A stretch of DNA of 64,000 nucleotides. Source: Candidatus Omnitrophota bacterium (GTDB lineage Bacteria; Omnitrophota; Gorgyraeia; Gygaellales; Profunditerraquicolaceae). The stretch spans positions 195,244 to 259,243 of the forward strand of contig JBAZKC010000001.1 of NCBI GenBank assembly GCA_041651035.1. Direction: 5' to 3'. Under the pieces are notes generated by a model that ran no database searches, had not been told where the DNA came from, and was given only the letters and a program-made list of their open reading frames with translations. Below are positions 50,710 through 60,966 of the stretch, piece by piece. A program made the translations under genes and the position numbers. How positions within the stretch are numbered: the stretch's first letter is position 1; every line of letters begins with the position of its first letter.

Positions 50710-51194
50710 AAAACTACCGGCGTATTCTTTACTTTTGCGGCCATTTCTTTCTTGTATCTGCGCATCTTTAAAGATATCTTTTTATTCCTGATACCCAGGA
50801 TCTCCAGAGAAAACAACGCGGCGTTCCTGGCTCCGGCTTTGCCGATAGCCATGCACGCCACCGGAATTCCCGCCGGCATCTGGACTGTAGATAGCAATGA
50901 ATCCAGGCCCTTAAGGCTCTTTGTTTCAATAGGGATACCTACAACCGGCAACGCGGTATGAGAGGCAACTACCCCGGCTAATGCCGCTGCCCCGCCTGCG
51001 GCGGCAATAAAAACCTTAACGCCTCTTTTTGGCGCGGCTTCCACGTATGCGGATAGTTCTCTGGGCGTGCGGTGCGCGGATAAAATTTTAATTTCAAAAC
51101 CAACTTTAAATTCTTTAAGGATATTAACTGCTTCACTGACTATCTCTAAATCCGACTGGCTGCCCATGATTATGCTTATCGCGTTATTGCTCAT
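50706..51194 (-). CDS. purE: N5-carboxyaminoimidazole ribonucleotide mutase
   Basis: IIMGSQSD motif. Confidence 0.9.
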   Translation of the reverse strand: MSNNAISIIMGSQSDLEIVSEAVNILKEFKVGFEIKILSAHRTPRELSAYVEAAPKRGVKVFIAAAGGAAALAGVVASHTALPVVGIPIETKSLKGLDSLLSTVQMPAGIPVACMAIGKAGARNAALFSLEILGIRNKKISLKMRRYKKEMAAKVKNTPVVL

Positions 51195-52480
51195 CTTGCC
51201 TCCATTGCTTTCTTGCCGATATCCCGTCGATAATACATGCCGTCAAAATGTATTTTCTCTAACGCCTGATAGGTCTTATCAACCGCTTCTTTTATTGTGC
51301 CGCCTAATCCGGTTACTCCCAATACCCTGCCGCCGCTAGTAAAAACCCGCTCCTTGCCGCAAGCGGACTGTTTTTTTGTCCCGGCGTGGAATACCACTAC
51401 GTCTTTAAGCCCGGCCGCATCATCTAAGCCGGATATCTCTTTTCCTTTTTCGTATTCTCCGGGATACCCCTTTGACGCGCAGACAGTACATACAGAGGCG
51501 CGGCTGTCCCAGTTAAGGCTTTTATAGCGGGACAACTTTCCATCTGTAGCGGCTAACATTATTTCCAACAAATCCGATTCCAAGCGCGGTAATATCGCCT
51601 GTGTCTCCGGGTCTCCAAAGCGCACATTGAATTCCAGGGCTTTTGGCCCGTCGCTGGTCAGCATGATCCCGGCATATAAAACACCTCTATATTCTATGCC
51701 TTCTCGAGCTAAACCGTCTATCGTCCTGTAAACTATCTTATCTAATATCTCTTTAAATAATTCTGGAGTTACCACAGGCGCGGGCGAATACGCTCCCATG
51801 CCGCCCGTATTAGGGCCCTGGTCATTATCAAATATACGCTTATGGTCCTGGCTGGAGGCTAAAGGGATAACTTCTCTGGAGTCGGTAATTACAATTATAG
51901 ACGCTTCCTGGCCTTTTAAGCAATCTTCAACGATGATCTTATTACCGGCATCGCCGAAAGCCCTTTCCTGCATTATCGAAGTTACCGCCTCTTGAGCCTC
52001 TTGCGTGCTGCCGGCTACGACCACACCTTTACCCTGGGCCAAGCCGTCTGCCTTGATCACACAGGGAGCTCCGATCTTACCGATATATTCCTTTGCTTCA
52101 TACGCATTATCAAAGACCTTGAAAGGCGCGGTAGGAACGTTATATTTGGCCATTATCGTCTTGGCAAAGACTTTGCTGGCCTCTAACTCTGCCGCTTTTT
52201 TCCGCGGCCCAAAGATATTCAGTTTATATTTTGCGAACTCATCAACAATACCCAAAGACAGGGGCACTTCAGGGCCGACTACGGTCAGCCCTATGTTTTC
52301 TTTTCTGGCAAAATCCAATAATCCGGGGATGTCATCGGCTTTTATATCGATACATTCGGCTGAATCCGAGATCCCGCAGTTTCCCGGCGCGCAGAAGATC
52401 TTATCCGCTAATTTGGATTGCGCGATCTTCCAGACTAAGGCGTGCTCTCTACCGCCTGAACCTATAACTAAAATTCTCAT
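51191..52480 (-). CDS. purD: phosphoribosylamine--glycine ligase
   Basis: ATP-grasp, MRILVIGSGGREHAL. Confidence 0.9.
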   Translation of the reverse strand: MRILVIGSGGREHALVWKIAQSKLADKIFCAPGNCGISDSAECIDIKADDIPGLLDFARKENIGLTVVGPEVPLSLGIVDEFAKYKLNIFGPRKKAAELEASKVFAKTIMAKYNVPTAPFKVFDNAYEAKEYIGKIGAPCVIKADGLAQGKGVVVAGSTQEAQEAVTSIMQERAFGDAGNKIIVEDCLKGQEASIIVITDSREVIPLASSQDHKRIFDNDQGPNTGGMGAYSPAPVVTPELFKEILDKIVYRTIDGLAREGIEYRGVLYAGIMLTSDGPKALEFNVRFGDPETQAILPRLESDLLEIMLAATDGKLSRYKSLNWDSRASVCTVCASKGYPGEYEKGKEISGLDDAAGLKDVVVFHAGTKKQSACGKERVFTSGGRVLGVTGLGGTIKEAVDKTYQALEKIHFDGMYYRRDIGKKAMEAR

Positions 52481-52490
52481 TCCAGCCTTC

Positions 52491-53510
52491 TTAAATTATT
52501 TCTACTTCTTTTTTACCTTTTATAACCTCGCCGATGATCCAGGATTTCAGTTTAAGCCCGGCGAGTTTTAAGATCACGGCCTGGGCGTACTTGGGCCGCG
52601 TTATTAAAACCATACCCACACCCATATTCAAAGTATGGTACATTTCTCTATCTTCTATATTACCCCTGTTCTGGATGAGGCGGAATATTTTCGGCACAGC
52701 CCAGGAACTTTTACGTATCCTCACATTCACATTATCCGGCAGGATACGCGCTATCTTATCGTAGAATGCCCCGCCGGTAATATGAGAAATACCCTTGATA
52801 GAATCCGCAAGCCCCTTAGTCCGTGAGTCCGCCAGTAAAGAAAGCACAGGCTTAACATAGATACGCGTCGGCTTAAGCAGCTCATCGCTCATTCGCCTCA
52901 ATTCACCGGGTGATAACGCTTTTCTTACCAGCGAATAACCGTTAGAGTGGATGCCGCTTGATTCTAACCCGATCACCGCATCTCCTGCTTCTATCTTTGA
53001 GCCGTTAATGATCTTATTTCTTTCAACCGCCCCCACGCAAAAACCTGCCACATCGTAATCGCCATCTTTATACATTCCGGCCATCTGAGCGGTTTCTCCG
53101 CCGATCAAAGCGCAGCCTGCCTGCATACAGCCGTTATTTATACCCTTTATTATATCGACTAAAATATCAGCATCCAGTTTACTGAAAGCGATGTAATCTA
53201 AAAAGAAAAACGTTTCCGCCCCCGCGCAAAGGATATCATTGACATTCATGGCCACGGCATCTATTCCTATGGTGTCGTGCTTATTTGCCAAGATGGCGAT
53301 CTTTAGTTTTGTCCCTACACCGTCGGCGGAAGAAACTAAAACCGGGTCTTTGTATTTGCCTTCAGGGAACCTGAAAAAACTCCCAAAACCTCCGATATCC
53401 CCTAAAACTTCTTTGCGGAAAGATTTTCTGGCCAGGGGCTTTATCATGCTCTTAAACGCGGCAGCCCCTTTGATATCTACGCCGGATTTTTTATAAGTTA
53501 ACCCCTTCAT
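52491..53510 (-). CDS. purM: phosphoribosylformylglycinamidine cyclo-ligase
   Basis: AIR synthase family motifs. Confidence 0.9.
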   Translation of the reverse strand: MKGLTYKKSGVDIKGAAAFKSMIKPLARKSFRKEVLGDIGGFGSFFRFPEGKYKDPVLVSSADGVGTKLKIAILANKHDTIGIDAVAMNVNDILCAGAETFFFLDYIAFSKLDADILVDIIKGINNGCMQAGCALIGGETAQMAGMYKDGDYDVAGFCVGAVERNKIINGSKIEAGDAVIGLESSGIHSNGYSLVRKALSPGELRRMSDELLKPTRIYVKPVLSLLADSRTKGLADSIKGISHITGGAFYDKIARILPDNVNVRIRKSSWAVPKIFRLIQNRGNIEDREMYHTLNMGVGMVLITRPKYAQAVILKLAGLKLKSWIIGEVIKGKKEVEII

Positions 53511-53523
53511 TAAAACTCCCTCC

Positions 53524-54177
53524 CTAACGGGATTTATAGAACTTCCTGATCGCCGCTACCACCCCTTCAGGGCTGTCCGTAACCGTGAATATATCTAAAT
53601 CTTTTTGGCTGATATTGCCGTTTTTCAAGGCTGAATATTTGATCCAATCAAGCATTCCCTGCCAATACTCCGAGCCAAATACAACTACCGGGAACCGGGA
53701 GATCCTTTCGGTCTGGATAAGATTAAGGGCCTCGGTAAATTCATCCAATGTCCCATATCCTCCGGGTAAGATAACAAAGGCCTTGGCATATTTTACAAAC
53801 ATTACCTTTCTGACAAAGAAATAGCGAAAATCTAAAAGCAGGTCCACATACTTGTTGGGTTTCTGGCGCGAAGGTATTTGTATATTTAAGCCGATGGACT
53901 GGCCTTGAGCCTTCCTCGCGCCTTTATTAGCCGCCTCCATCAAACCAGGCCCGCTGCCGGTAATAACAGCGTAGCCTTCTTTCGCCAGAAGATAGGAGAT
54001 CTTCTCGGCTAATTTATAATACTTACTGCCCGGCTTGGTGCGGCTTGACCCGAATACGGAGACTGCCTTGCCTATTTTAGAAAGGACTTCAAACCCCTCT
54101 ACAAATTCAGACATTATCCTAAATACACGCCAGGGATCCTCTGTGAAGAATTCACTCTTAAGGTCTCTCTCATCCAT
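53524..54177 (-). CDS. LOG-family (TIGR00730) nucleotide phosphoribohydrolase
   Basis: GGYGTLDE and PGGxG motifs. Confidence 0.75.
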   Translation of the reverse strand: MDERDLKSEFFTEDPWRVFRIMSEFVEGFEVLSKIGKAVSVFGSSRTKPGSKYYKLAEKISYLLAKEGYAVITGSGPGLMEAANKGARKAQGQSIGLNIQIPSRQKPNKYVDLLLDFRYFFVRKVMFVKYAKAFVILPGGYGTLDEFTEALNLIQTERISRFPVVVFGSEYWQGMLDWIKYSALKNGNISQKDLDIFTVTDSPEGVVAAIRKFYKSR

Positions 54178-54301
54178 CGTTATTTCCTTTCCTGCTCTAA
54201 ACGCCGGCTTTTTTCCGCTCCCTGAGCATTAAGGCTCAGGGATCTTGCAAAGGGAATTAACAGGTGTATTGGCTTCTCAAATTGTACGCGGGATCCCGCT
54301 C

Positions 54302-55600
54302 TTACCGTGACGGGAAAATGCGGGAAAAAATCTTGTTTACGTTACGCAGATAATAATCCAGATCAAAAATCTTATTCAGATCCTGTTTCTTAAGATGGCG
54401 CGAGACATCCTTATCTTTAGAGAGGATATCTTTAAAATCAGACCTCTCTTTCCAGGACTTCATGGCGCATCTCTGGACCATATCATAAGCCGCGGGGCGG
54501 CTAAGCCCTTTATTCATCAATTCCAGGAGCGCGCGCTGCGAAAAGATCAGGCCGCGGGTGTGGACCAAATTAGCCAGCATATTCCCCGGATAAACGCTTA
54601 AGCCTTCAATCACCTCGGTAAACTTATTCAGCATATAATCCAAAAGGATGGTAGAATCCGGTATAATTATCCGCTCGGCGGAAGAATGGCTTATATCGCG
54701 CTCATGCCATAGGGTAATATTTTCCATTGCCGCCAGCGCGTTACCGCGCAGGATACGGCTCAAACCGCAGACACGTTCGCAGATCACGGGATTACGTTTG
54801 TGCGGCATGGCGGAAGACCCTTTCTGGCCCTTGCCAAAAGGCTCCTCCGCTTCTAAAACCTCTGTTCTCTGCAAATGCCTTATCTCTGTGGCGAATTTTT
54901 CTAAAGAAGACCCGATGATCGCTAATGTGGTTAAATACTGGGCGTATACATCTCTTTGTATTACCTGCGTGGATATTTTAGCGGCTTTTAACCCGAGCTT
55001 TTTACAAACATAAGTTTCTACTTCCGGCTCGATATTAGAACACGTCCCTACTGCCCCGGATATCTTTCCTACAGCCGCGGCTTCTTTTGCCTGAGATAGG
55101 CGGCAGGCATTGCGTTTGGTCTCATCAAACCAAAGCGCTAATTTTAAACCAAAGGTAGTGGGTTCCGCGTGCACGCCGTGGGTGCGGCCGATACAAACCA
55201 TATCTTTGTATATTTTCGCCTTAGCGGAAAGTGCTTTTAGTAATCTATCTAGATCTGCGGCCAATATATCGGATGCCGCCCTTAACTGCACCCCAAGGGT
55301 GGTATCTAAAATATCAGATGATGTAAGGCCCATATGCAGGTATTTCGCGTCCTGCCCAATATAATGTGCGATATTGGTAATAAAAGCTACTACATCATGT
55401 TGTGTATTTTCTTCTATCTTTTTTATCTGCGCGACATTGAATTTTGCTTTTTTCTTTATCCTGCGGAGGGCGTCTTGCGGGATTTTCTTCTGCCTGGCGA
55501 GAGCCTCTAAAACCAGTATCTCTATGGCAAGCATGGTATTGAACTTGAATTCATCCTGCCAGATCTTATTCATTCCGGGAAGACAATAACGTTCGATCAT
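54302..55600 (-). CDS. purB: adenylosuccinate lyase
   Basis: fumarate lyase signature GSSAMPHKRNP. Confidence 0.9.
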   Translation of the reverse strand: MIERYCLPGMNKIWQDEFKFNTMLAIEILVLEALARQKKIPQDALRRIKKKAKFNVAQIKKIEENTQHDVVAFITNIAHYIGQDAKYLHMGLTSSDILDTTLGVQLRAASDILAADLDRLLKALSAKAKIYKDMVCIGRTHGVHAEPTTFGLKLALWFDETKRNACRLSQAKEAAAVGKISGAVGTCSNIEPEVETYVCKKLGLKAAKISTQVIQRDVYAQYLTTLAIIGSSLEKFATEIRHLQRTEVLEAEEPFGKGQKGSSAMPHKRNPVICERVCGLSRILRGNALAAMENITLWHERDISHSSAERIIIPDSTILLDYMLNKFTEVIEGLSVYPGNMLANLVHTRGLIFSQRALLELMNKGLSRPAAYDMVQRCAMKSWKERSDFKDILSKDKDVSRHLKKQDLNKIFDLDYYLRNVNKIFSRIFPSR

Positions 55601-55668
55601 AAGAGCTCCTTTTTTCTATTCAGAGAAAAGTATTATACCAGAAAGCGCCTGCCTTAGCAAACAAAAAA

Positions 55669-55702
55669 GGGACACCCTTAGCTTTGGCAAGTTGGGTGTC
55701 CC
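55669..55702. terminator. hairpin GGGACACCC-ttagctttggcaagtt-GGGTGTCCC with upstream A-run (terminator of the 891-aa gene; repeat family B)
   Basis: 9-bp perfect arms; same arms/core as 20653-20707. Confidence 0.5.
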
Positions 55703-58377
55703 TAACCTAAAATGATATTAAGCGTATTTATTTTGCTAGAGGGAAGGCTGAGGATGGTTTTCCGGCTGATTCTAACAGCCTGCGGCGCTTTTATAGGCAG
55801 GGGTTTGGAATTGAGGCTTACTTTTATTATCTTATACTTTCCGTAGTCTAACTTTTTAGGATTGATAAAATTGATCCGGAGGCGGCGCCGGGCGAAAATC
55901 CTGTTAACGGTAATAGTTGCCGCGCGTTTAAACTGCTCACAGCTTAATTTCGGCTCAATAACCAGATCACCGTATTCGCCCTTTATGCCGAATACCTGGG
56001 TAATAACCGTCAGCACAAACCAACTGGCAGAGCCGGTAAGATAAGAATACATGCCTTTCCCCTCGAGATCAAAGTATTCCGGAAGGCAAGGATAGATCCT
56101 GCTCTTTTTTGTATCCACTGCCATATTATATATTGAATTCAGGACTCCCCAGCCGTCTTTGACAAATCCGCGTTTATATAACGCGTAACAGAACATTACG
56201 ATCATATGGTTAAAGAACGCGCCGTTTTCTTTATCCCCGTAAACAAAAGAGAACGCGCGGCCGAAATCATGCTGTTCATCCTTAAAATCCGTATTCAAGT
56301 GGAATCCTTTGATATCTTTATTCCAAAGATATTTCCGGCTGCTTTTAATGATCTCTCCAACCTGCCAGCTTTCCGCCACCGAGCTCATAACCGGAAATAC
56401 CTGCGAGATCAAGACCATCCTGACTCCGGAACCAAAAGCCCCTTCTACTTTTCTTTTCTTATTATCATAATAGCCGTTAAAGAAACCCTGTTTCTGCCAT
56501 TCTGTCCTGCGGATATGATTTGCCATCCACGCGGATTTCATTTCCAGGTCATCAGCCAAACCCAGAGTATCAATATTTATTTTATTGCCCTTAACAACGG
56601 ATTCGGTTTGCGCGAAATATCTGTTTAAGGTATCTTGTTTGGCTTTGATACTGTTATAATTTATTTTATTAAAAAGAACAGCTAATTCCTGCGCTACCTC
56701 AATTTGTCGTTTATCTATTTTACGCAATATCCCCGCTAATAATTTAAGGCTCCAGGCATACATACAGCTGAAAGCCACGCTCTCGCCGTTTTCCTTAGCC
56801 ATATCCAGGCCGTCATTCCAATCCGCGCCTTCCAGCCGGACATGATTATGGCTGCCGACGTTAAAAAACTGTACCAGGACTTGCACCAGGAGATGCTCTA
56901 ACACTGACCCATTGTAGATCTTGCCCGAGGAAGTTTTAAGCTTATTCCCATAAGCCGGAGTCCAACTATGGTCTAATTTGCGCGCGCGCCAAAGCTCATG
57001 ATTACGAAAATAAGGGGCTTGAGCAAATAAAATAGCCGAATCCCCGGTCTCATGAATATATGAATCCAGGGTCAACAGCGGCCATATCCCGTGATCCATC
57101 CACACCCGGCTGACATTATTACGGTCAGAGATAAATTCTCCCTGGCCTTTGCCGATAATAGTAGCATTAGAGCCGTCAATCCTCACCCCGGCAAAATTAT
57201 TGATCAATAATTCGCGCATCCCTTCAGGCTGGCTTAAAATCAGGCCTAAGCAATCCTGCCATAGATCCCTCCAACCTCTTCCACCCCGGCCATAATCAAA
57301 ATCCGGCAGGAATGAATTGCCAAATATCCTTCTTAATGTAGGTTGGATACTTACCCAGCGGAACCAATTATCAAAATCCGGATCACCGGTAGAAAGGCTG
57401 GCCTGGCTGCCCTTCTCCTGCCAGAAGTCACGGGTTACATCCAGGGCTTTTTCTACTTTCTTTAACGTCTTAAATTTAGAAACGATCTTTTGAATCTCGG
57501 CTTCTTTTTCCGCGATGCCCATAAGCACAGTATAGGTATGCGCTTGCCCGGGCTTAAGGCTTACAGTATGAAAACGCAAGCCTCCTATTACTTCTTTACC
57601 TTGAATATGAGCGGACCCGCCGGGAAGAATATTATTTAAGACGCAGGCAGGCGCTTCTAAATCTCCTCCCTCGCCGCAAAATTCCTCTTGCGTAGGATAA
57701 AGATACTGCGGAGCTTTGAATTCTTCATCCCAGCCTAAAACAAAATAAAGCTTTTTATTGAGATGATGCCCGGCTTCATCAAATATTAAAGTAGGTTGAG
57801 TGATCAGGCCTAATTTATGCTTCTTTACCCGCTGCAGCAGAGAAGTTACGTGGCGATGATCACGCAGATTATTGGCTGAGCGGGCATATATAGGTATGGC
57901 CGCGTAAGGAATGAATTCTATTTTTCGGGAAGAAATATTGGTGAGTTTAACCTGCATGATCTCTACAGGCTCCCCGCTTGACGGGATAAAAGAACGGATT
58001 TCCGCGCTTAGGCCAACCTGCCGGTTCTCTCTTAAAACACTGTGCCAGAGCAGGCCGGCTTTCAGGCTGACCCGGTCAGCCTGGATTTGTTTTAGGTCCT
58101 TAGAGGCTCCGGCGGCAGACCATACTTTATTATCTTTACTACTAACGGAGTAAATCCAAAAATTACGGGAGGCTCTGGAGTTGACTAGATCGGCGCGGGA
58201 AGACGGGGCAAGCAGGAAACTATTCTGTCCGGCCTTGATATCGCCGGCAAGGACAGGAGTAATAGAAGACATCAAAGACTCATTACACAGCGGAAAGAAA
58301 AGAGTTTTTATTTTGTGCGCGTTGGAGGATTTGAAACTGCCTGAATTATCCGTAAATTCCCAAATATTCTCTTTCAT
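55702..58377 (-). CDS. large glycoside hydrolase/phosphorylase-like protein ((alpha/alpha)6-barrel, GH94/GH15-like), family assignment uncertain
   Basis: 891 aa, no signal peptide; resemblance to cellobiose-phosphorylase-like proteins by eye only. Confidence 0.4.
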   Translation of the reverse strand: MKENIWEFTDNSGSFKSSNAHKIKTLFFPLCNESLMSSITPVLAGDIKAGQNSFLLAPSSRADLVNSRASRNFWIYSVSSKDNKVWSAAGASKDLKQIQADRVSLKAGLLWHSVLRENRQVGLSAEIRSFIPSSGEPVEIMQVKLTNISSRKIEFIPYAAIPIYARSANNLRDHRHVTSLLQRVKKHKLGLITQPTLIFDEAGHHLNKKLYFVLGWDEEFKAPQYLYPTQEEFCGEGGDLEAPACVLNNILPGGSAHIQGKEVIGGLRFHTVSLKPGQAHTYTVLMGIAEKEAEIQKIVSKFKTLKKVEKALDVTRDFWQEKGSQASLSTGDPDFDNWFRWVSIQPTLRRIFGNSFLPDFDYGRGGRGWRDLWQDCLGLILSQPEGMRELLINNFAGVRIDGSNATIIGKGQGEFISDRNNVSRVWMDHGIWPLLTLDSYIHETGDSAILFAQAPYFRNHELWRARKLDHSWTPAYGNKLKTSSGKIYNGSVLEHLLVQVLVQFFNVGSHNHVRLEGADWNDGLDMAKENGESVAFSCMYAWSLKLLAGILRKIDKRQIEVAQELAVLFNKINYNSIKAKQDTLNRYFAQTESVVKGNKINIDTLGLADDLEMKSAWMANHIRRTEWQKQGFFNGYYDNKKRKVEGAFGSGVRMVLISQVFPVMSSVAESWQVGEIIKSSRKYLWNKDIKGFHLNTDFKDEQHDFGRAFSFVYGDKENGAFFNHMIVMFCYALYKRGFVKDGWGVLNSIYNMAVDTKKSRIYPCLPEYFDLEGKGMYSYLTGSASWFVLTVITQVFGIKGEYGDLVIEPKLSCEQFKRAATITVNRIFARRRLRINFINPKKLDYGKYKIIKVSLNSKPLPIKAPQAVRISRKTILSLPSSKINTLNIILG

Positions 58378-58430
58378 AGTTTTCTAAATTACCACGGTTG
58401 CAAGGTTCTTTCAAGGAATATTAAATAAAA

Positions 58431-58454
58431 GGCCCGCCAGAAATCCTGGCGGGC
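58431..58454. terminator. hairpin GGCCCGCCAG-aaat-CCTGGCGGGC with U-run on minus strand, downstream of tRNA-Met exon 2
   Basis: 10-bp stem; A-run upstream on plus strand. Confidence 0.55.
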
Positions 58455-58500
58455 TTTATGTTGCGGGGGCAAGATTTGAACTTGCGACCTCAAGGTTATG

Positions 58501-59139
58501 CTTACTACTACAGCTTTCGCTGCTTTGCCACAAAACTTGGCAAATTCGTAGTCTGGACTATATCTTTGTCCTTAATCTTTAGGACTTCTGCCGTATAGTC
58601 TCTACACCTTCCCGCCATAAATTCCTGGCGGACTTGGCTCGGTATTACCTTGAATTACTTCGAGGGTTCCACCGAATTTGACAGACTATCCTTCAGCCGT
58701 CTCCGGCCGAGGAGCCCATCGGACAACAAATCCCATCGCTCTCTATACTTCGCTGATTTAGGTTTACGCTGTCTCTTGTCTGTCTCTACAAATGTTACTG
58801 TACTTTCGTAGTTGGAGAAAACAGATAGAGGCATCACGTAAAATACGCGTAAATCAGCGAGGTAAGTTATCGCGAAATCAAAATCATCCGCATTGTAACG
58901 CATCCTTAACATGCGCCGGCGATTAGTCTTAGTTCTACGGGCATCAACAACATAACATCTTGCCTTTGCATCAAACCAAGCACTCTTCACCTGAATGCGA
59001 ATAAGCCTGCCATGAAGATCGATTGCTAAATCATATGCAAGTCGATCTCCGACAGGCCGTAACACCCTGAAGCCTCTTTTTAAAAGTTCAGTTGTTACTG
59101 CTGATTCCGCAATATCGGCTTTGAGCTTTGTGTCCATTG
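58501..59139 (-). other. group I self-splicing intron (639 nt) in anticodon loop, ribozyme core in 3' third
   Basis: 5' exon ends with U, intron ends with G (omega-G at 58501); conserved core elements AGAGACUA (R, 58576-58583 rc) and AAGAUAUAGUCC (S, 58555-58566 rc), P/Q-like AAUUUAUGGCGGGAA / GUCCGCCAGG. Confidence 0.8.
58655..59137 (-). CDS. intron-encoded PD-(D/E)XK-fold endonuclease (putative homing endonuclease, I-Ssp6803I-like), start AUG at intron nt 3-5
   Basis: 160 aa MDTKLKADIAESAVTTELLKRGFRVLRPVGDRLAYDLAIDLHGRLIRIQVK = E...D...(E/Q)xK nuclease motif; the listed ORF start (59185) reads through tRNA exon 1 and is spurious. Confidence 0.65.
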   Translation of the reverse strand: MDTKLKADIAESAVTTELLKRGFRVLRPVGDRLAYDLAIDLHGRLIRIQVKSAWFDAKARCYVVDARRTKTNRRRMLRMRYNADDFDFAITYLADLRVFYVMPLSVFSNYESTVTFVETDKRQRKPKSAKYRERWDLLSDGLLGRRRLKDSLSNSVEPSK

Positions 59140-59269
59140 AGCCTTGCGAGCTACCAGGCTGCTCCACCCCGCTATTGTCGTTCATTATAGTTTATTCGCT
59201 GCCTTCAACTAACAAAGAACATTTATTCCCCTGACGCATAATTATACTAGAATTTGGCGTTGTTACAAA

Positions 59270-59551
59270 TTATCTTTTTCTCTCAGGAACTATTCTAATG
59301 GGGATCTCGCCCTTGCGCACTATACCCATCTTTTCCCTGGCGATCTTTTCTTGATACACCGGGTCATTTTCCACGAGGATAAGTTCCTGCTGTAAAAGAG
59401 CGTTTTCTATATTTAATCTTTTGATATTACCTATTAAGTCGCGGTTCTTATCTCTTAATTCCTGTAACTTTGTGTAACCCGGCAAGAATACCACCAGGAC
59501 GAAAACCGCGATACCAAAGATCCAGAATGCTTTTCTTAATACCGGCAACAT
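59270..59551 (-). CDS. ftsB: septum formation initiator family protein (FtsB/DivIC-like)
   Basis: 93 aa, N-terminal TM + coiled coil. Confidence 0.6.
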   Translation of the reverse strand: MLPVLRKAFWIFGIAVFVLVVFLPGYTKLQELRDKNRDLIGNIKRLNIENALLQQELILVENDPVYQEKIAREKMGIVRKGEIPIRIVPERKR

Positions 59552-59554
59552 TAA

Positions 59555-60862
<1,308 letters not shown>

Positions 60863-60966
60863 TTATACATACAAATATTAGTAAGTCAATGGAAATAACG
60901 GGAATGGCCCTGTTTTTAACAAACCAAAGAAAGAATTTGACTTGCCGGGCCTGATATGCTATTTTA

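Larger units (their letters stand above)
58461..59173 (-). tRNA. initiator-like tRNA-Met(CAU) split by a group I intron: exon 1 = 59173..59140 (34 nt), exon 2 = 58500..58461 (40 nt), CCA not encoded
   Basis: exon1 AGCGGGGUGGAGCAGCCUGGUAGCUCGCAAGGCU + exon2 CAUAACCUUGAGGUCGCAAGUUCAAAUCUUGCCCCCGCAA reconstitutes a cloverleaf nearly identical in D arm, variable loop, T loop and acceptor to bacterial tRNA-fMet; 1:72 unpaired (A:A). Confidence 0.8.

Noticed and set aside
54178-54301. Intergenic hairpin CCCTGAGC-attaag-GCTCAGGG and palindrome GCGGGATCCCGC downstream of purB
   Set aside because: They are probably a simple terminator. There is no U-run on the relevant strand and no second copy in the window, so the support is too weak to call.
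58461-58500. Orphan 3' tRNA fragment next to a nuclease gene, initially read as an attR-like remnant of an integrated island
   Set aside because: The matching 5' exon lies 639 nt away (59140-59173), and the intervening sequence has group I intron hallmarks. It is an intron-split tRNA, not an integration scar. No integrase or direct repeats were found.
58589-58612. Hairpin TTCCCGCCATAAATTCCTGGCGGA resembling the terminator at 58431-58454, considered as a third repeat family
   Set aside because: It lies inside the intron and corresponds to the conserved P/Q (P4) core pairing of group I introns.
59138-59185. N-terminal 16 codons of the listed ORF 58655..59185 (MNDNSGVEQPGSSQGS)
   Set aside because: These codons are the reverse-strand reading of tRNA exon 1. 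The nuclease most likely starts at the next Met (AUG at 59137-59135).
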